Both the position numbers and the translations under genes were made by a program. From Haliotis rubra (Eukaryota), in assembly GCF_003918875.1 (NCBI RefSeq), contig NW_025767261.1, positions 558,001-622,000 on the forward strand: a stretch of 64,000 nucleotides of DNA. The letters are read 5' to 3'. Of this stretch, positions 39,801-50,500 are shown in pieces. A model generated the notes under the pieces. It ran no database searches. It saw nothing but the letters and a program-made list of their open reading frames with translations, and was not told the DNA's origin. The stretch's first letter is position 1; each line of letters starts with the position of its first letter.

Positions 39801-42800
39801 TACCTGTGTGTCTAGGTGACGTATACAGGCTGCTATGTCTAAACAGTGTCAGTGTGTGGGTCCCCAGTTAATCTGAGGAAGTGAGCATGTCCTATATAAA
39901 ACAACTGTTGTTACATCCTTCTCTCAATGTGTTCCAGGAGGGGCCCAGAGGGTGATGTCTGGCAAGTCCACTGCAGCAGCAGCAGCTGAATCAGCAGGTC
40001 GGGTGGTGGAAGGACATCCTGGCTCTCTACCTTCACATCCGATAACAGAGGGAGACCCCAGCACAGACCCCAGCGTGTCATCACAGTCTGTCAATGCTGG
40101 TCACACTCCTGCCTGTAAGAAGTTTGCTACTCTACATACAGATGGCAGTTCATCTCTGAATGCAGATCAAACAATTAGTTCACGTCCATCAGCGGCTGGA
40201 CAGTGGCAACAACTGAATGATACTTTTGCCCGGAACCCGGGTTCAACTGAAGGACAGTCTGTGTCAGGTTCCTCCATTGCATCAGCTGAGTCTGTCAGCT
40301 CTGACATCATTGATGGAACATTCACACTGGAAACATCACAAATACCCAGCCGTGTGCCTTCAGATCTGTGTGCTGCAAAATCAGAAGCCGTTTCTTCTTC
40401 TAAACCTAGTCAGGTGTCTAGCTCGCAATCATATGTGCCAAAGATTGACTTTGAGTATGTGTGTCAGAGCCCTCTGAGCCGTAGTACTGTGGTCAGGCAG
40501 ACTGTGGACTCTCTGGACCAGAGCAGCCCCTTCCGGAGGACATCGTGTCTCCCACGGAAACCCTCCCCTGTCCCCACTCTCTGTGCATCCCCCATCCCAG
40601 TTCCTCCATCTGTGCAGGCCTATCTGAGTTCTCAACCCTCAGATTCATCAGAAACTCAGCTTGGTGCTATTGTACAAACACAGAGCTCAATGCAGTGCAA
40701 CACGGTCACAAAGAATAACCCTTTAAATCTGAAAGGGTCAAGCACGATAACAAAATGTCAGACAAATCTCCATGGTTCTGCCACGATCACCAAATCCCAG
40801 GGTGTTTGTCTCAGTGGTTCCAGCACAGTGACCAAGAGTACGCCAGGCCAACACGAGGACAAGGAAAACAGTGATCACAGGAAGAACAGTGTGGTCCGGT
40901 CCATCACATTTGGTGGAGAGTGCCAACAGACACCAGAGAGGCCGGAGATGAAGAGTTATGCTGAAGTGCTGAAGACTCCTTCACCTGTCAGACTCCAGCT
41001 GAAGACCCTGGACAGCAACACACTGGTGTCATCCCCATACCTGCCAACTGCCAGGTGAGTCAATGCTAATGTGTCTCTGTACCATACAATTGCCAAGTGA
41101 GCTATGTTCTCGTTAATACACCTGTATCTCTTTACTAGACAATTGACAGGTGAGCTATGTTATTTGTTGTTTTAAAGCTCATCTCAAGACCTCTTTGGGA
41201 GATGTTAAAAAACTGACTTGAACTGTAGTATGCGCTTAGAGCATGCCCATGAAGTGTGGAGATCAGCGCTATACAAATGTCCTGTTTATTATCCCCCCGC
41301 CACGAAGTGGGAGGGCGATATTGGTTTGAGCTCCATCTGTTCTTCCGTCCATCTGAGATGATGGGGACAGATTTTCTCAGAAACCCAGGGGCGGATACAG
41401 CTTTTTGAGAAAGGGGGGGTGCACACTATTGAGAAAAGGGAGGTGCACACTTCATTTTCGTCCGAGTTTCAATGGTCATTTAATAATCTTCAGGACAAAA
41501 GGGGGGGTGCGCACCCCTGCACCCCCCCTCTGGATCCGCCTATGAAACCGTTATAGATAGGGTATATGTTTTCAGGACATGAATGCCTTGATGGACTGAA
41601 AACCATGTTACAAATTGTTACAGAGTTATGGCCCTTTTCATGCGTTTCTTGACTTAGTGCACAGTATCCCCATTGGGGCCAGATTTTCTCAGAATCCGTT
41701 ATAGATGGGGAAACAAAATGTGGCATATATTTTCAGGATGCAAATACATTGATGAAGTTTGAAAACAGAAACCATGTTACAAATTGTTTATTGCCCTTGC
41801 ATGCGTTTCTTGACTTAGTGCAGATTTTCTCAGTAACCGTTATAGATAGGGAAACCAAATGTGGTACATTGTAGTTGTTTCTAGAACATGAATGTTGTGG
41901 TGGAGTTAAAAAACAGGAATCAAACAGGAACAGAACACTGTGGAGGGGGATATTGATGACCAGGTCTTCTTCTTATTATTATTAACACACCTGTGTCTCT
42001 GTGCCAGACAATTGCCAGGTGAGCTATATTGTCTTCAATACACGTGTCACCGCACAAGAGGATTCATTTGATTAATGACAAAAATGACAGTAAGGATCAT
42101 CTACTATCTATCTATAAGGATCAACTTAATTATAACATTCCAACAATAAAATGAAGTAGGCTCTAGACATTCAGACCTGATATTGATTCCCTCGATTTGT
42201 TCCCACAGTTGCAGGAGTGTGCCAGGCTACATCGCCCCCAACAGTGGGGTTTACAAGGCGACCCACAAGTCTGAGGAAACAGCTAGGAACCTCAGTCAGT
42301 TTGGTCTGCCCTCAGTGGCCAACCGGTCTGCCCCAAGTAAGTAGGAGGGAGGTACTGGACTTGCATGAACAACTAGCTAGTGATTATATATAGTCTCATC
42401 AGCGTCAGATCATCCCTGTGTTTCTACAGGACAGTCCATGCCAAACTACATGTCAGATCATCCCTGTGTTTCTACAGGGCCATCTAAACCAAGCTACATG
42501 TCAGATTATCCCTGTGTTTCTACAGGGCCATCTAAACCAAGCTACATGTCAGATTATCCCTGTGTTTCTACAGGGCCATCTAAACCAAGCTACATGTCAG
42601 ATTATCCCTGTGTTTCTACAGGGCCATCTAAACCAAGCTACATGTCAGATTATCCCTGTGTTTCTACAGGGCCATCTAAACCAAGCTACATGTCAGATTA
42701 TCCCTGTGTTTCTACAGGGCCATCTAAACAAGCTACATGTAGATTATCCTGTGTTTCTACAGGGCCATCTAAACCAAGCTACATGTCAGATTATCCCTGT

Positions 42801-44468
42801 GTTTCTACAGGACCATCTAAACCAAGCTACATGTCAGATTATCATTGTGTTTCTACAGGACCATCTAAACCAAGCTACATGTCAGATTATCATTGTGTTT
42901 CTACAGGACCATCTAAACCAAGCTACATGTCAGATTATCATTGTGTTTCTACAGGACCATCTAAACCAAGCTACATGTCAGATTATCATTGTGTTTCTAC
43001 AGGACCATCTAAACCAAGCTACATGTCAGATTATCATTGTGTTTCTACAGGACCATCTAAACCAAGCTACATGTCAGATTATCATTGTGTTTCTACAGGA
43101 CCATCTAAACCAAGCTACATGTCAGATTATCCCTGTGTTTCTACAGGACCATCTAAACCAAGCTACATGTCAGATTATCATTGTGTTTCTACAGGACCAT
43201 CTAAACCAAGCTACATGAGGCCCACAAAGGCTGCCGCCCAAAGGAGTCGTCATCTGTTCGGCCGTGTGAAGGATGAAGCCCCCCATCCAACCACTGCGCC
43301 CCCTCGGAGAGTTGCAGCCCAAGACACCCACACACAGTCCACTACAGCCAACAAGTCACTGTAAGTAACACCTATCCTTTTTTTGCAGGACATTGTGATT
43401 TTTCTATCTTGAGTGACATCTAATGAGCTAACATCATGGCCTGTTTGTCAGATGTCCACTCTATCCCCATCGTCCATAATCTCAAGGGTATACGTTCCGA
43501 TAAATCTCCACTATACCTTGGATGCATTTACGGCTTGGCTCGATGATTTTATTACCTCCCTTGGTTGGCTTTTTATCCAATCAGGTGTCTACGCTGGGAA
43601 GTTGAGCGTACCAATCATAACTCACTTTCGGTTTTTAAATTATCCAACCGATTAAACTCGGCAACACAATAATATATTGGCAGAGGTACTCTGAAAGAGG
43701 TAGAAGGAGTTCTTGCATATATTTTTTTAAGGTTTCAGACCTGTCAATTTGTCTGTATGTTTTCCCCCCACACCTGAGTCGCACTGCGAACAAACTTTTG
43801 CGGCTGCGACGGCTATCTTTGTTGACAATGGCAAGCTGCAAGTTGTAATGGCGGCTTATCTGATTGGCTACTGTGAGAATGCGGAGCCAGCAAAGGGAGG
43901 TAATGAAATTATCGGGCCAAGCCGTAGATGCATCCAGGGTATAGTGGAGATTTATCGGAACATATTCCCTGTAGATTATCGAGGATGCTCTATCCCCATC
44001 TCTTCAGAAACCCCTGGTTCAATAAAGCTAAAACTTTACATATACATGTAGTTCCCATCAAAAGAGGTTTGATTCTAAATATGGCTACCACAGCAGCCAT
44101 GTTGCAAAACCTCTTTATTTTCATTATTAAACCATTTCTCGCAATCCCTTGCACTGTAACCATTATCTCCTCAGATACCAGAATCAGGAACATAGCTCTT
44201 TTGAGTCAAAATACTGCATGCAGGTTGCACTGTTGTTGAATGTTCATACTGATCTTTGGTCTATCAGTGTTCATGGGATTTCACCATAGGGTTGATAGAT
44301 CTGCATCACGTCAGACTCACATGAAGCCAACATGTTGAGATATAACTGGAAGTGTTCAAGGGAACGTGAAGCCCACTGTGTGATGATGTTCTTCTGTCTG
44401 TTGACAGGTCCCGGATGAGGAGCAAGTCCATGTCCAGTCTCGGTGGGCGTGGCAGGTGGCAGCACTAG
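24880..44468 (+). CDS. KIF18A: Kinesin-8 family motor, KIF18A/B-like
   Basis: Exons 24880-25240, 25837-25994, 26765-26869, 30284-30394, 31238-31435, 31833-31930, 32205-32280, 32548-32622, 33162-33250, 34676-34835, 37120-37284, 37833-37954, 39267-39484, 39718-39789, 39938-41054, 42209-42336, 43195-43360, 44408-44468 (TAG). Motifs: [22 protein letters not shown]-loop [12 protein letters not shown], switch [12 protein letters not shown], switch [71 protein letters not shown]. Coiled coil and S/T/P-rich tail follow. Confidence 0.93.
25430..25920 (+). repeat. Tandem copies of the KIF18 exon 2 acceptor plus 5' part of the exon
   Basis: TGTTGGTGTGTTTCAG|TG.. with AG ending at 25446, 25576, 25688 and 25836. 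Only the last copy continues into the full exon. Confidence 0.93.
26210..26325. mobile_element. Short GGG-terminated MITE (PIF/Harbinger-like)
   Basis: TIRs GGGCCTAGATTTTCAAAGCTCTCTTAG / CTAAGAGAGCTTCGAAGATCTAAGCCC. Confidence 0.6.
26371..26535 (+). mobile_element. tRNA-derived SINE with (TCAC)n tail
   Basis: A box TAGCCTAGTGG, B-box-like GGATCGATTCC, body TGTGAAGCCCATTT...GATATTGCTGGAATATTGCTAAAAGCGG, TCAC tail. Multiple copies in the window. Confidence 0.85.
27215..30265 (+). repeat. 42-44-bp minisatellite filling KIF18 intron 3 up to the acceptor at 30283
   Basis: GACAGTTCCCTGTTGTGACAATATGCTGGTGATGTGACACATGT, more than 60 copies. Confidence 0.96.
29801..29954 (+). mobile_element. tRNA-derived SINE inserted in the 44-bp satellite, 16-bp TSD
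   Basis: GCCTAGTGG...GGGTTCGATTCCC. GACAATATGCTGGTGA on both sides (29785-29800, 29955-29970). Confidence 0.88.
31500..31686 (-). mobile_element. tRNA-derived SINE (same family)
   Basis: (GTGA)n followed by TTTTAGCAATATTCCAGCAATATCACGG...AATGGGCTTCACACATTGTACCCATG...AACCACTAG. Confidence 0.82.
33333..33731. mobile_element. hAT-type non-autonomous MITE
   Basis: TIRs TAGGGGTGTCACGATAC / GTATCGCGACACCCCTA, subterminal CGATA repeats, 8-bp TSD GTACATAT (33325-33332, 33732-33739). Confidence 0.88.
34020..34525 (+). repeat. 30-bp near-perfect minisatellite
   Basis: TGTGATCTGTACAGTCTATTGTTTTACAGC, about 17 copies. Confidence 0.95.
35645..37110 (+). repeat. 131-bp higher-order satellite (49+51+31-bp subunits) ending at the KIF18 acceptor 37119
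   Basis: Each subunit carries CACCTGAAGGTG or a close variant; 131-bp period visible in the ORF track (35831, 35962, 36093). Confidence 0.92.
37318..37832 (+). repeat. 28-30-bp minisatellite filling KIF18 intron 11; last unit is the acceptor
   Basis: CAGTGTTCTGCATAATGTTCTGCTGTGTGA; final unit ...ATGTTCTGCTGTGTTCAG|CTG. Confidence 0.93.
38130..39222. repeat. (CCAT/CCAC)n low-complexity microsatellite with two assembly gaps
   Basis: Direct inspection; N runs at 38197-38329 and 38985-39186. Confidence 0.93.
39629..39696 (+). mobile_element. 5'-truncated SINE 3' end with ~13-bp TSD, just upstream of the KIF18 exon 14 acceptor
   Basis: TCTTACATCTTCT at 39616-39628 and 39697-39709 flanks GGTGTCCCCCGCCGTGATATTGCTGGAATATTGCTAAAAACGGCGTAAAACCATACTCACTCAC. 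Confidence 0.82.
41290..41970 (+). mobile_element. HINE/DINE-1-like (Helentron-associated) element with internal tandem repeats
   Basis: 5' stem CCCCCCGCC...GGGAGGGCGATA, CCGTCCATC microsatellite, ~140-bp internal repeats (CAGATTTTCTCAG..CCGTTATAGAT), 3' GGAGGGGGATA. Confidence 0.6.
41386..41544. mobile_element. Small MITE nested in the HINE-like element
   Basis: Ends CAGGGGCGGATACAG / CTGGATCCGCCTATG, flanked by AAACC on both sides. A related copy in opposite orientation lies at about 17200-17300. Confidence 0.72.
42406..43217 (+). repeat. 48-bp acceptor-plus-exon-start repeat, in frame with KIF18 exon 17
   Basis: TGTGTTTCTACAG|G(G/A)CCATCTAAACCAAGCTACATGTCAGATTATC(CC/AT). AG positions 42429, 42477 ... 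43194 (17 acceptors). Confidence 0.95.
43468..43987. mobile_element. Mutator-type non-autonomous element (long TIRs, 9-bp TSD)
   Basis: About 100-bp imperfect TIRs (e.g. CCGATAAATCTCCACTATACC / GGTATAGTGGAGATTTATCGG), 9-bp TSD CTCTATCCC (43459-43467, 43988-43996). Confidence 0.85.
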
Positions 44469-45527
44469 CAGAGTCACATCAGAACCCCGACATCCATCAA
44501 CATTAACTTATTGCTTATGTATCATTCCCCTTCATTGTATCACACCTGTATCATGTCACTGTTGTATGTGTATCACCTGACTATCTGTCTCTATCATCGT
44601 AGAAACATTTGTATCAGTAAGGTGATGGGCAGATTGCAATATCCTGTAGATGTCACCTCTCATTCTATCACGGACCAGGTGCCCAGCTTACCAGGCCTGG
44701 TTGTCCCATCTCTCATTTCCTGCACTAGTTTAACAGATACTCAACTACGTCTATATATCTTGCCAGTAGTATCACCCACACATTGACATATTTACTGGAT
44801 GGGATGTGTGGTCACCTCAGGCATAACAGCACACCACAAGGTGTGTTAACATGTCTCATTTCCACCTGGAGTTGCTCAGACTTCACAGATCTCTCTACAA
44901 ATCTCTTTAGTGGGACAAGTCCAGTTGTAAGAAATACCTGTTCATTCCTTGTGTAAATACTGATGTAGCACCTTGAGAATTGGGTGCAGTCAACAACAGA
45001 AGTAGTGTGAATAGCTGCAACACTGTGAAGCAATATTCACTCACCCGAAGGCTCTGTGTAGGGTACACCTTGTCTCACACTACAATGTAGCTATTTTGAT
45101 AAGTTTTGTTTTATGAAATGAAATCAATCTTTTTTGAGATTCTGTATATATATATGTATAGTTTATTGGTGTGAATGTGTGTATGATCTGTGTGATGAGC
45201 TGACTATGACAAGGTGAAGATGTGTTGAGGGAAGTAGGTCTGGTATTTAATGAAGCAGCTGTTTATTGTTTACAAGAGTTGCACTGTCATGTAGACAGTA
45301 GTCATTCAGTTTTCTACATATTACTATTAGCTACAATTTTTCTGAAGCCATTGCATAGCCTTCTGCAGTTTATTCCACTGTGTACATATAATAGATCACT
45401 CGTGACCTGACTGGCAGGCCGTGTTATTGTGCATGCCCTTGCATGTCAAATTGTAACCCATCTCAAGAGTTTGATGTACTACAATATTTCCCTCCTAGCC
45501 AAATGCCTGCCTGCTGTTGCCTTTAAG

Positions 45528-45533
45528 AATAAA
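45528..45533 (+). terminator. Candidate KIF18 polyadenylation signal AATAAA
   Basis: AATAAA about 1.06 kb after the stop, followed by GT-rich sequence (GTCTGTGTTGTGT). Confidence 0.4.
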
Positions 45534-46469
45534 TACGAAGTATACAACCTTGAGTCTGTGTTGTGTAAGTCTAGGATGACTTATGAGGATTGAGCGGCCA
45601 GAGAGGCCACAATGTCTACTGAACAACATAACAGACAACTGTGTACTGTTTGTTTCACACTGCACTCCGCCATATTCGGGCTACATAACGGCAGCCTGGA
45701 CCAGACAACCTTGTGATTCACATCATGAGTGTCACCCACTCAACTGGGATATGATGTCAGGCACCAACCATGTCAGTGATTCAGACCACCTTCTCCTGTT
45801 TGTTGCTTCTGACAACCTGTGGACCAATTTCTCCATGGATCTTCACAGGTGGACCACTTGGGAAACACGGATCTTCACAGGTGACTTGGTAACATGGATC
45901 TCTTACCACACAGTATAAACTGAGCCATTCAATATATTGACAAACCAACACATGCAAGGTATATTACCATGTTCCAAATCTAGTCGTTTAGCACAAATGA
46001 AAACAAACTCCCTGAAGTCAGTTAAATGTTTCCCAAACAGCTGCCTGAATACCAGCCATTTATTTGTCAGGCTTATTTCTGCAGAAACCTGGGTACTGAT
46101 GATCATAAACAAATTCAGATATTCATCACTTTTATGCAGATAGACTATCACAGAAAATACAAAACCACTTTCTTGTCAATGAAGATATATTATACATGGA
46201 TAAGCAATATCACAATTGAGTTTTTCAGAAAACCCAAGACATGACATTCAACACAAAACCATTCACCAACAAACGAACTTAACAACACAGCATCACTCCG
46301 GTCAGCTTATCCCCTTGTAGCAACCGTTGCCAATGATACCCTGGAAGTCTCAAGAACTGAGGACCTGTGCTTGACAGTACATGTCCTGTATTTTTGAGAA
46401 ATGGGTACACTGTCACCACAGTGGAATGTAACTCCAATGTACCACAAAGCAACCTTAGCCGTAATGTGA

Positions 46470-47560
46470 CAGTAACTCCCATACCTTAACACAGACTAAG
46501 ATAGTCGTAGGGCTAAGTTTGTCTTCTACACTGACAGACGGTAACGCCCATACCTTAACACAGACTAAGATAGTCGTAGGGCTATATTTGTCTTCTACAC
46601 TGACAGACGGTAACGCCCATACCTAAACACAGACTAAGATAGTCGTAGCGCTAAGTTTGTCTTCTACACTGACAGACGGTAACGCCCATACCTTAACACA
46701 GACTTAGGATAGTCGTAGCGCTAAGTTTGTCTCTACACTGACAGACGGTAACGCCCATACCTTAACACAGACTTAGGATAGTCGTAGCGCTATATTTGTC
46801 TTGTACACTGACAGACGGTAACGCCCATACCTTAACACAGACTTATGATAGTTGTAGCGCTATATTTGTCTTGTACACTGACAGACGGTAGCGCCCATAC
46901 CTTAACACAGACTTAGGATAGATAGTCGTGGCTAAGTTTGTCTTGTATTTGTGTAACACACTGACAGGATACGGTAGCATACCTTATACCTTAACACAGA
47001 CTTATGATAGTAGTAGCTATATTTGTCTTGTACATTTGTCTGACACTGACAGACGGTAACGCCCATACCTTAACACAGACTTAGGATAGTCGTGTAGCTA
47101 TATTTGTCTTAGATAGTACACTGACATTACACTGACAGACGGTAACGCCCATACCTTAACACAGACTTATGATAGTCGTAAGCTATATTTGTCTCGTACA
47201 CTGACAGACGGTAACGCCCATACCTTAACACAGACTTATGATAGTCGTAGCGCTATATTTGTCTTGTACACTGACAGACGGTAACGCCCATACCTTAACA
47301 CAGACTTAGGATAGTCGTAGCGCTATATTTGTCTTGTACACTGACAGACGGTAACGCCCATACCTTAACACAGACTTAGGATAGTCGTAGCGCTATATTT
47401 GTCTTGTACACCCATACACTGACAGGATAACGCCCATACCTTAACACAGACTTAGGATAGTTGTAGCTATATTTGTCTTCGTACTGACAGATGGTAGCGC
47501 CCATACCTTAACACAGACTTATGATAGTTGTAGCGCTAAGTTTGTCTCGTACACTGACTG
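46470..47560. repeat. 69-70-bp minisatellite immediately 3' of the CSTPP1 stop codon
   Basis: GACAGACGGTAACGCCCATACCTTAACACAGACTTAGGATAGTCGTAGCGCTATATTTGTCTTGTACACT, about 15 copies. Confidence 0.92.
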
Positions 47561-47572
47561 ATGGATCGTCAT

Positions 47573-50500
47573 CTAGTTGGTGTCGGATGAGTCCGATGAT
47601 GAATCAGTCTCAGAACTTGTGTCAGCCACAGCGATGTCTCCCGTTGAGCGTTTCTGGTGTTTGACCAGGCCAATGGTTGACCTTGACCTGTGATTGGATG
47701 ACGTGGAGGAGCTGTATGATGCCCTTGAGCCTGATTCACGGTGACTCACGGCCCCAGACGACCGGGATTTGTTACCTTTGTTTGAAACACTGGTGGGAGT
47801 CTTGATTGGAGGGATTCTGAAAACAGTTAGATACGGACTATTAAAATCATGTGACATTTCCATAATAATTTCCTGGATTTGAGACAAGAGCTATCTGAAT
47901 GCAGACCTTAAGAAAACTTATATTTCATGCTATGTTTATTTTTGGAGAGGCCCCTACAGTGCTGGTCTATGTTTAGGAGAGGCCCCTATAGTGCAAGGGC
48001 CCAATCCATAGAGCATTCGTAGCCTACGACAAGTAATAGCTCGGAACTTTACAAACGCTTTTGGATTGGGACCCTAGTATATGTTTGGGAAATGCCCTTA
48101 TAATGCTGGGCTGTGTTAAAGAAACTGGTATCTACAGTGCTGGTCTATGTTTGGGAAGGGCCCCTACAGTGCTATGTTATACAGCTGTGCTGAACCTATA
48201 TAAGTAGGGACTGGCTAGGTCTAACAAGGCCACACATTCTTCATTGATTCTGATGTCTATGGAGTAATATCAGTGACCTAGTGTCTCTAACACACATGAA
48301 ACACAGAGGTGACTTCACCTATTGTACCAAAGTGGGAATCAAACACGACTCTTAGGCATGAACTACTAGGCTACACGACCGCCCCGAGCAGTAGGGAGCA
48401 GTAGGGAGCACCTGTATTTATCAAATCAAGAGCAAAGTGTAATAAGGATGTTGCTGTTGCTTATCTACATCTTGTTGAAAGTTGCCGCTGTGTGGGATGG
48501 CGAGATGGGTTCATGATGCTGAACGTGAAATGCAGTGTGGGAGAGATGAGTTCATGAAAGCTTGCTGCAGTGGGTTCATGATGCTGGATGACGTGGAGAG
48601 ATGGGTTCATGATGCTGAACGTGAAATGCAGTGTGAATGATGCAACGTGAAATGCAGTGTGGGAGAGATGGGTTCATGATGCTGAACGTGAAATGCAGTG
48701 TGGGAGAGATGGGTTCATGATGCTCAACGTGAAATGCAGTGTGGGAGAGATGGGTTCATGATGCTGAACGTGAAATGCAGTGTGGGAGAGATGGGTTCAT
48801 GACGCTGAACGTGAAATGCAGTGTGGGATGGAGAGATGGGTTCATGATGCTGAACGTGAAATGCAGTGTGGGAGAGATGGGTTCATGATGCTGAACGTGA
48901 AATGCAGTGTGGGAGAGATGGGTTCATGATGCTGAACGTGAAATGCAGTGTGGGATGGAGAGATGGGTTCATGATGCTGAACGTGAAATGCAGTGTGGGA
49001 TGGAGAGATGGGTTCATGATGTTGAACGTGAAATGCAGTGTGGGAAGGAGAGATGGGTTCATGATGCTGAACGTGAAATGCAAAGGATCAAACTGCATGC
49101 AGAGGAGGTAAACAAATTACAAGATCAACACAGAACCCTTCACTAATCTGAAATTATCATAATAAAATCTTTGAAATCTACAAATTTCCTAACAGTTCTT
49201 AAAAATATACTTTTGCTGCTGATTAGTAAAACAATGACTAGACTAATTATCTTCTAGAGATAGACATGTTTGGTTTGACACCACAGTGTAGCTTAGGAAA
49301 ACTGTTAATCATTACACATGAATTAGTTCTAGATTCTAACTTATTTTCGACTAACAACCCTGCAGAATCTACTCCTGGGACTCTTGCAGGGACTTAGACT
49401 AAGCAGTGATCAGATCAAATACTGTCACAAAAATCATCCAAACACCACAAGACTTGGTCATCTGGTCCGGCTTGTTAACCTAAGTAACTACAGCTATGGT
49501 GACATGTTAGTGCTTGGATGTAAGCTCACTAGAAAACAGCTACAAATATCTACACATCAGACTTACCCCATGGAAAACAACAAGAGCAGCTAATGCTTGG
49601 GGGAGACAACATCCACTTGTGCTTTGTCCTCATTTGCTGTGTTTATCAAGTTACAGTTTATATAGCTCAACTGTTATCAACTGAGACTGGGTATGGAGTC
49701 ATTCTGACGCTCAAATATGGATCAAAATACCACCCAATGCCTACATGGTCCCCATAGAATCCAGTCCCCTATATGGTACCCCTTTCATGGTCCAGATCAC
49801 CTACACCATCCCCTACATGGCCAAGATGCCCTACATGATCCAAACCCCCTACATGGTCCAGTTGCCCTACATGGTACAGACCCTTACATGGTCCAGACCC
49901 CTACATGGTCCAGATGCCCTACATAGTCCAGATCCCCTACATGGTCCAAATGCCCTGCATGGTCCAGACCCCCTACATGGTCCAAATGCCCTACATGGTC
50001 CAGACCCCCTACATGGTCCAAATGCCCTATATGATCCAGATCCCCTAATGGTACAGATGCTCTACATGGTCCACATGCCCTACGTGGTCCAGATGCCTAT
50101 ATGGTCTAGACCCCCATCATGGTCCAGATGCCCTACATTGCCCAGACCCCCTACATGGTAGACTTGGACCAATTTGGATACCTCATGCCTACACAGAGAC
50201 AAGCAGACAAGCATGAGGTACTGGGGACCTAATCTTATCCCTCATGCCTACAGTGAGACAAGCAGACAAGCATGAGGTACTGGGGACCTAATCTTATCCC
50301 TCATGCCTACAGGAGACAAACAGACAAGCATGAGGTACTGGGGACCTAATCTTATCCCTCATGCCTACAGTGAGACAAGCAGACAAGCATGAGGTACTGG
50401 GGACCTAATCTTATCAGTGAGCATGCCTACAGTGAGATCTTATCCCTCATGCCTACAGAGACAAGCATGAGGTACTGGGGACCTAATCTTATCCCTCATG

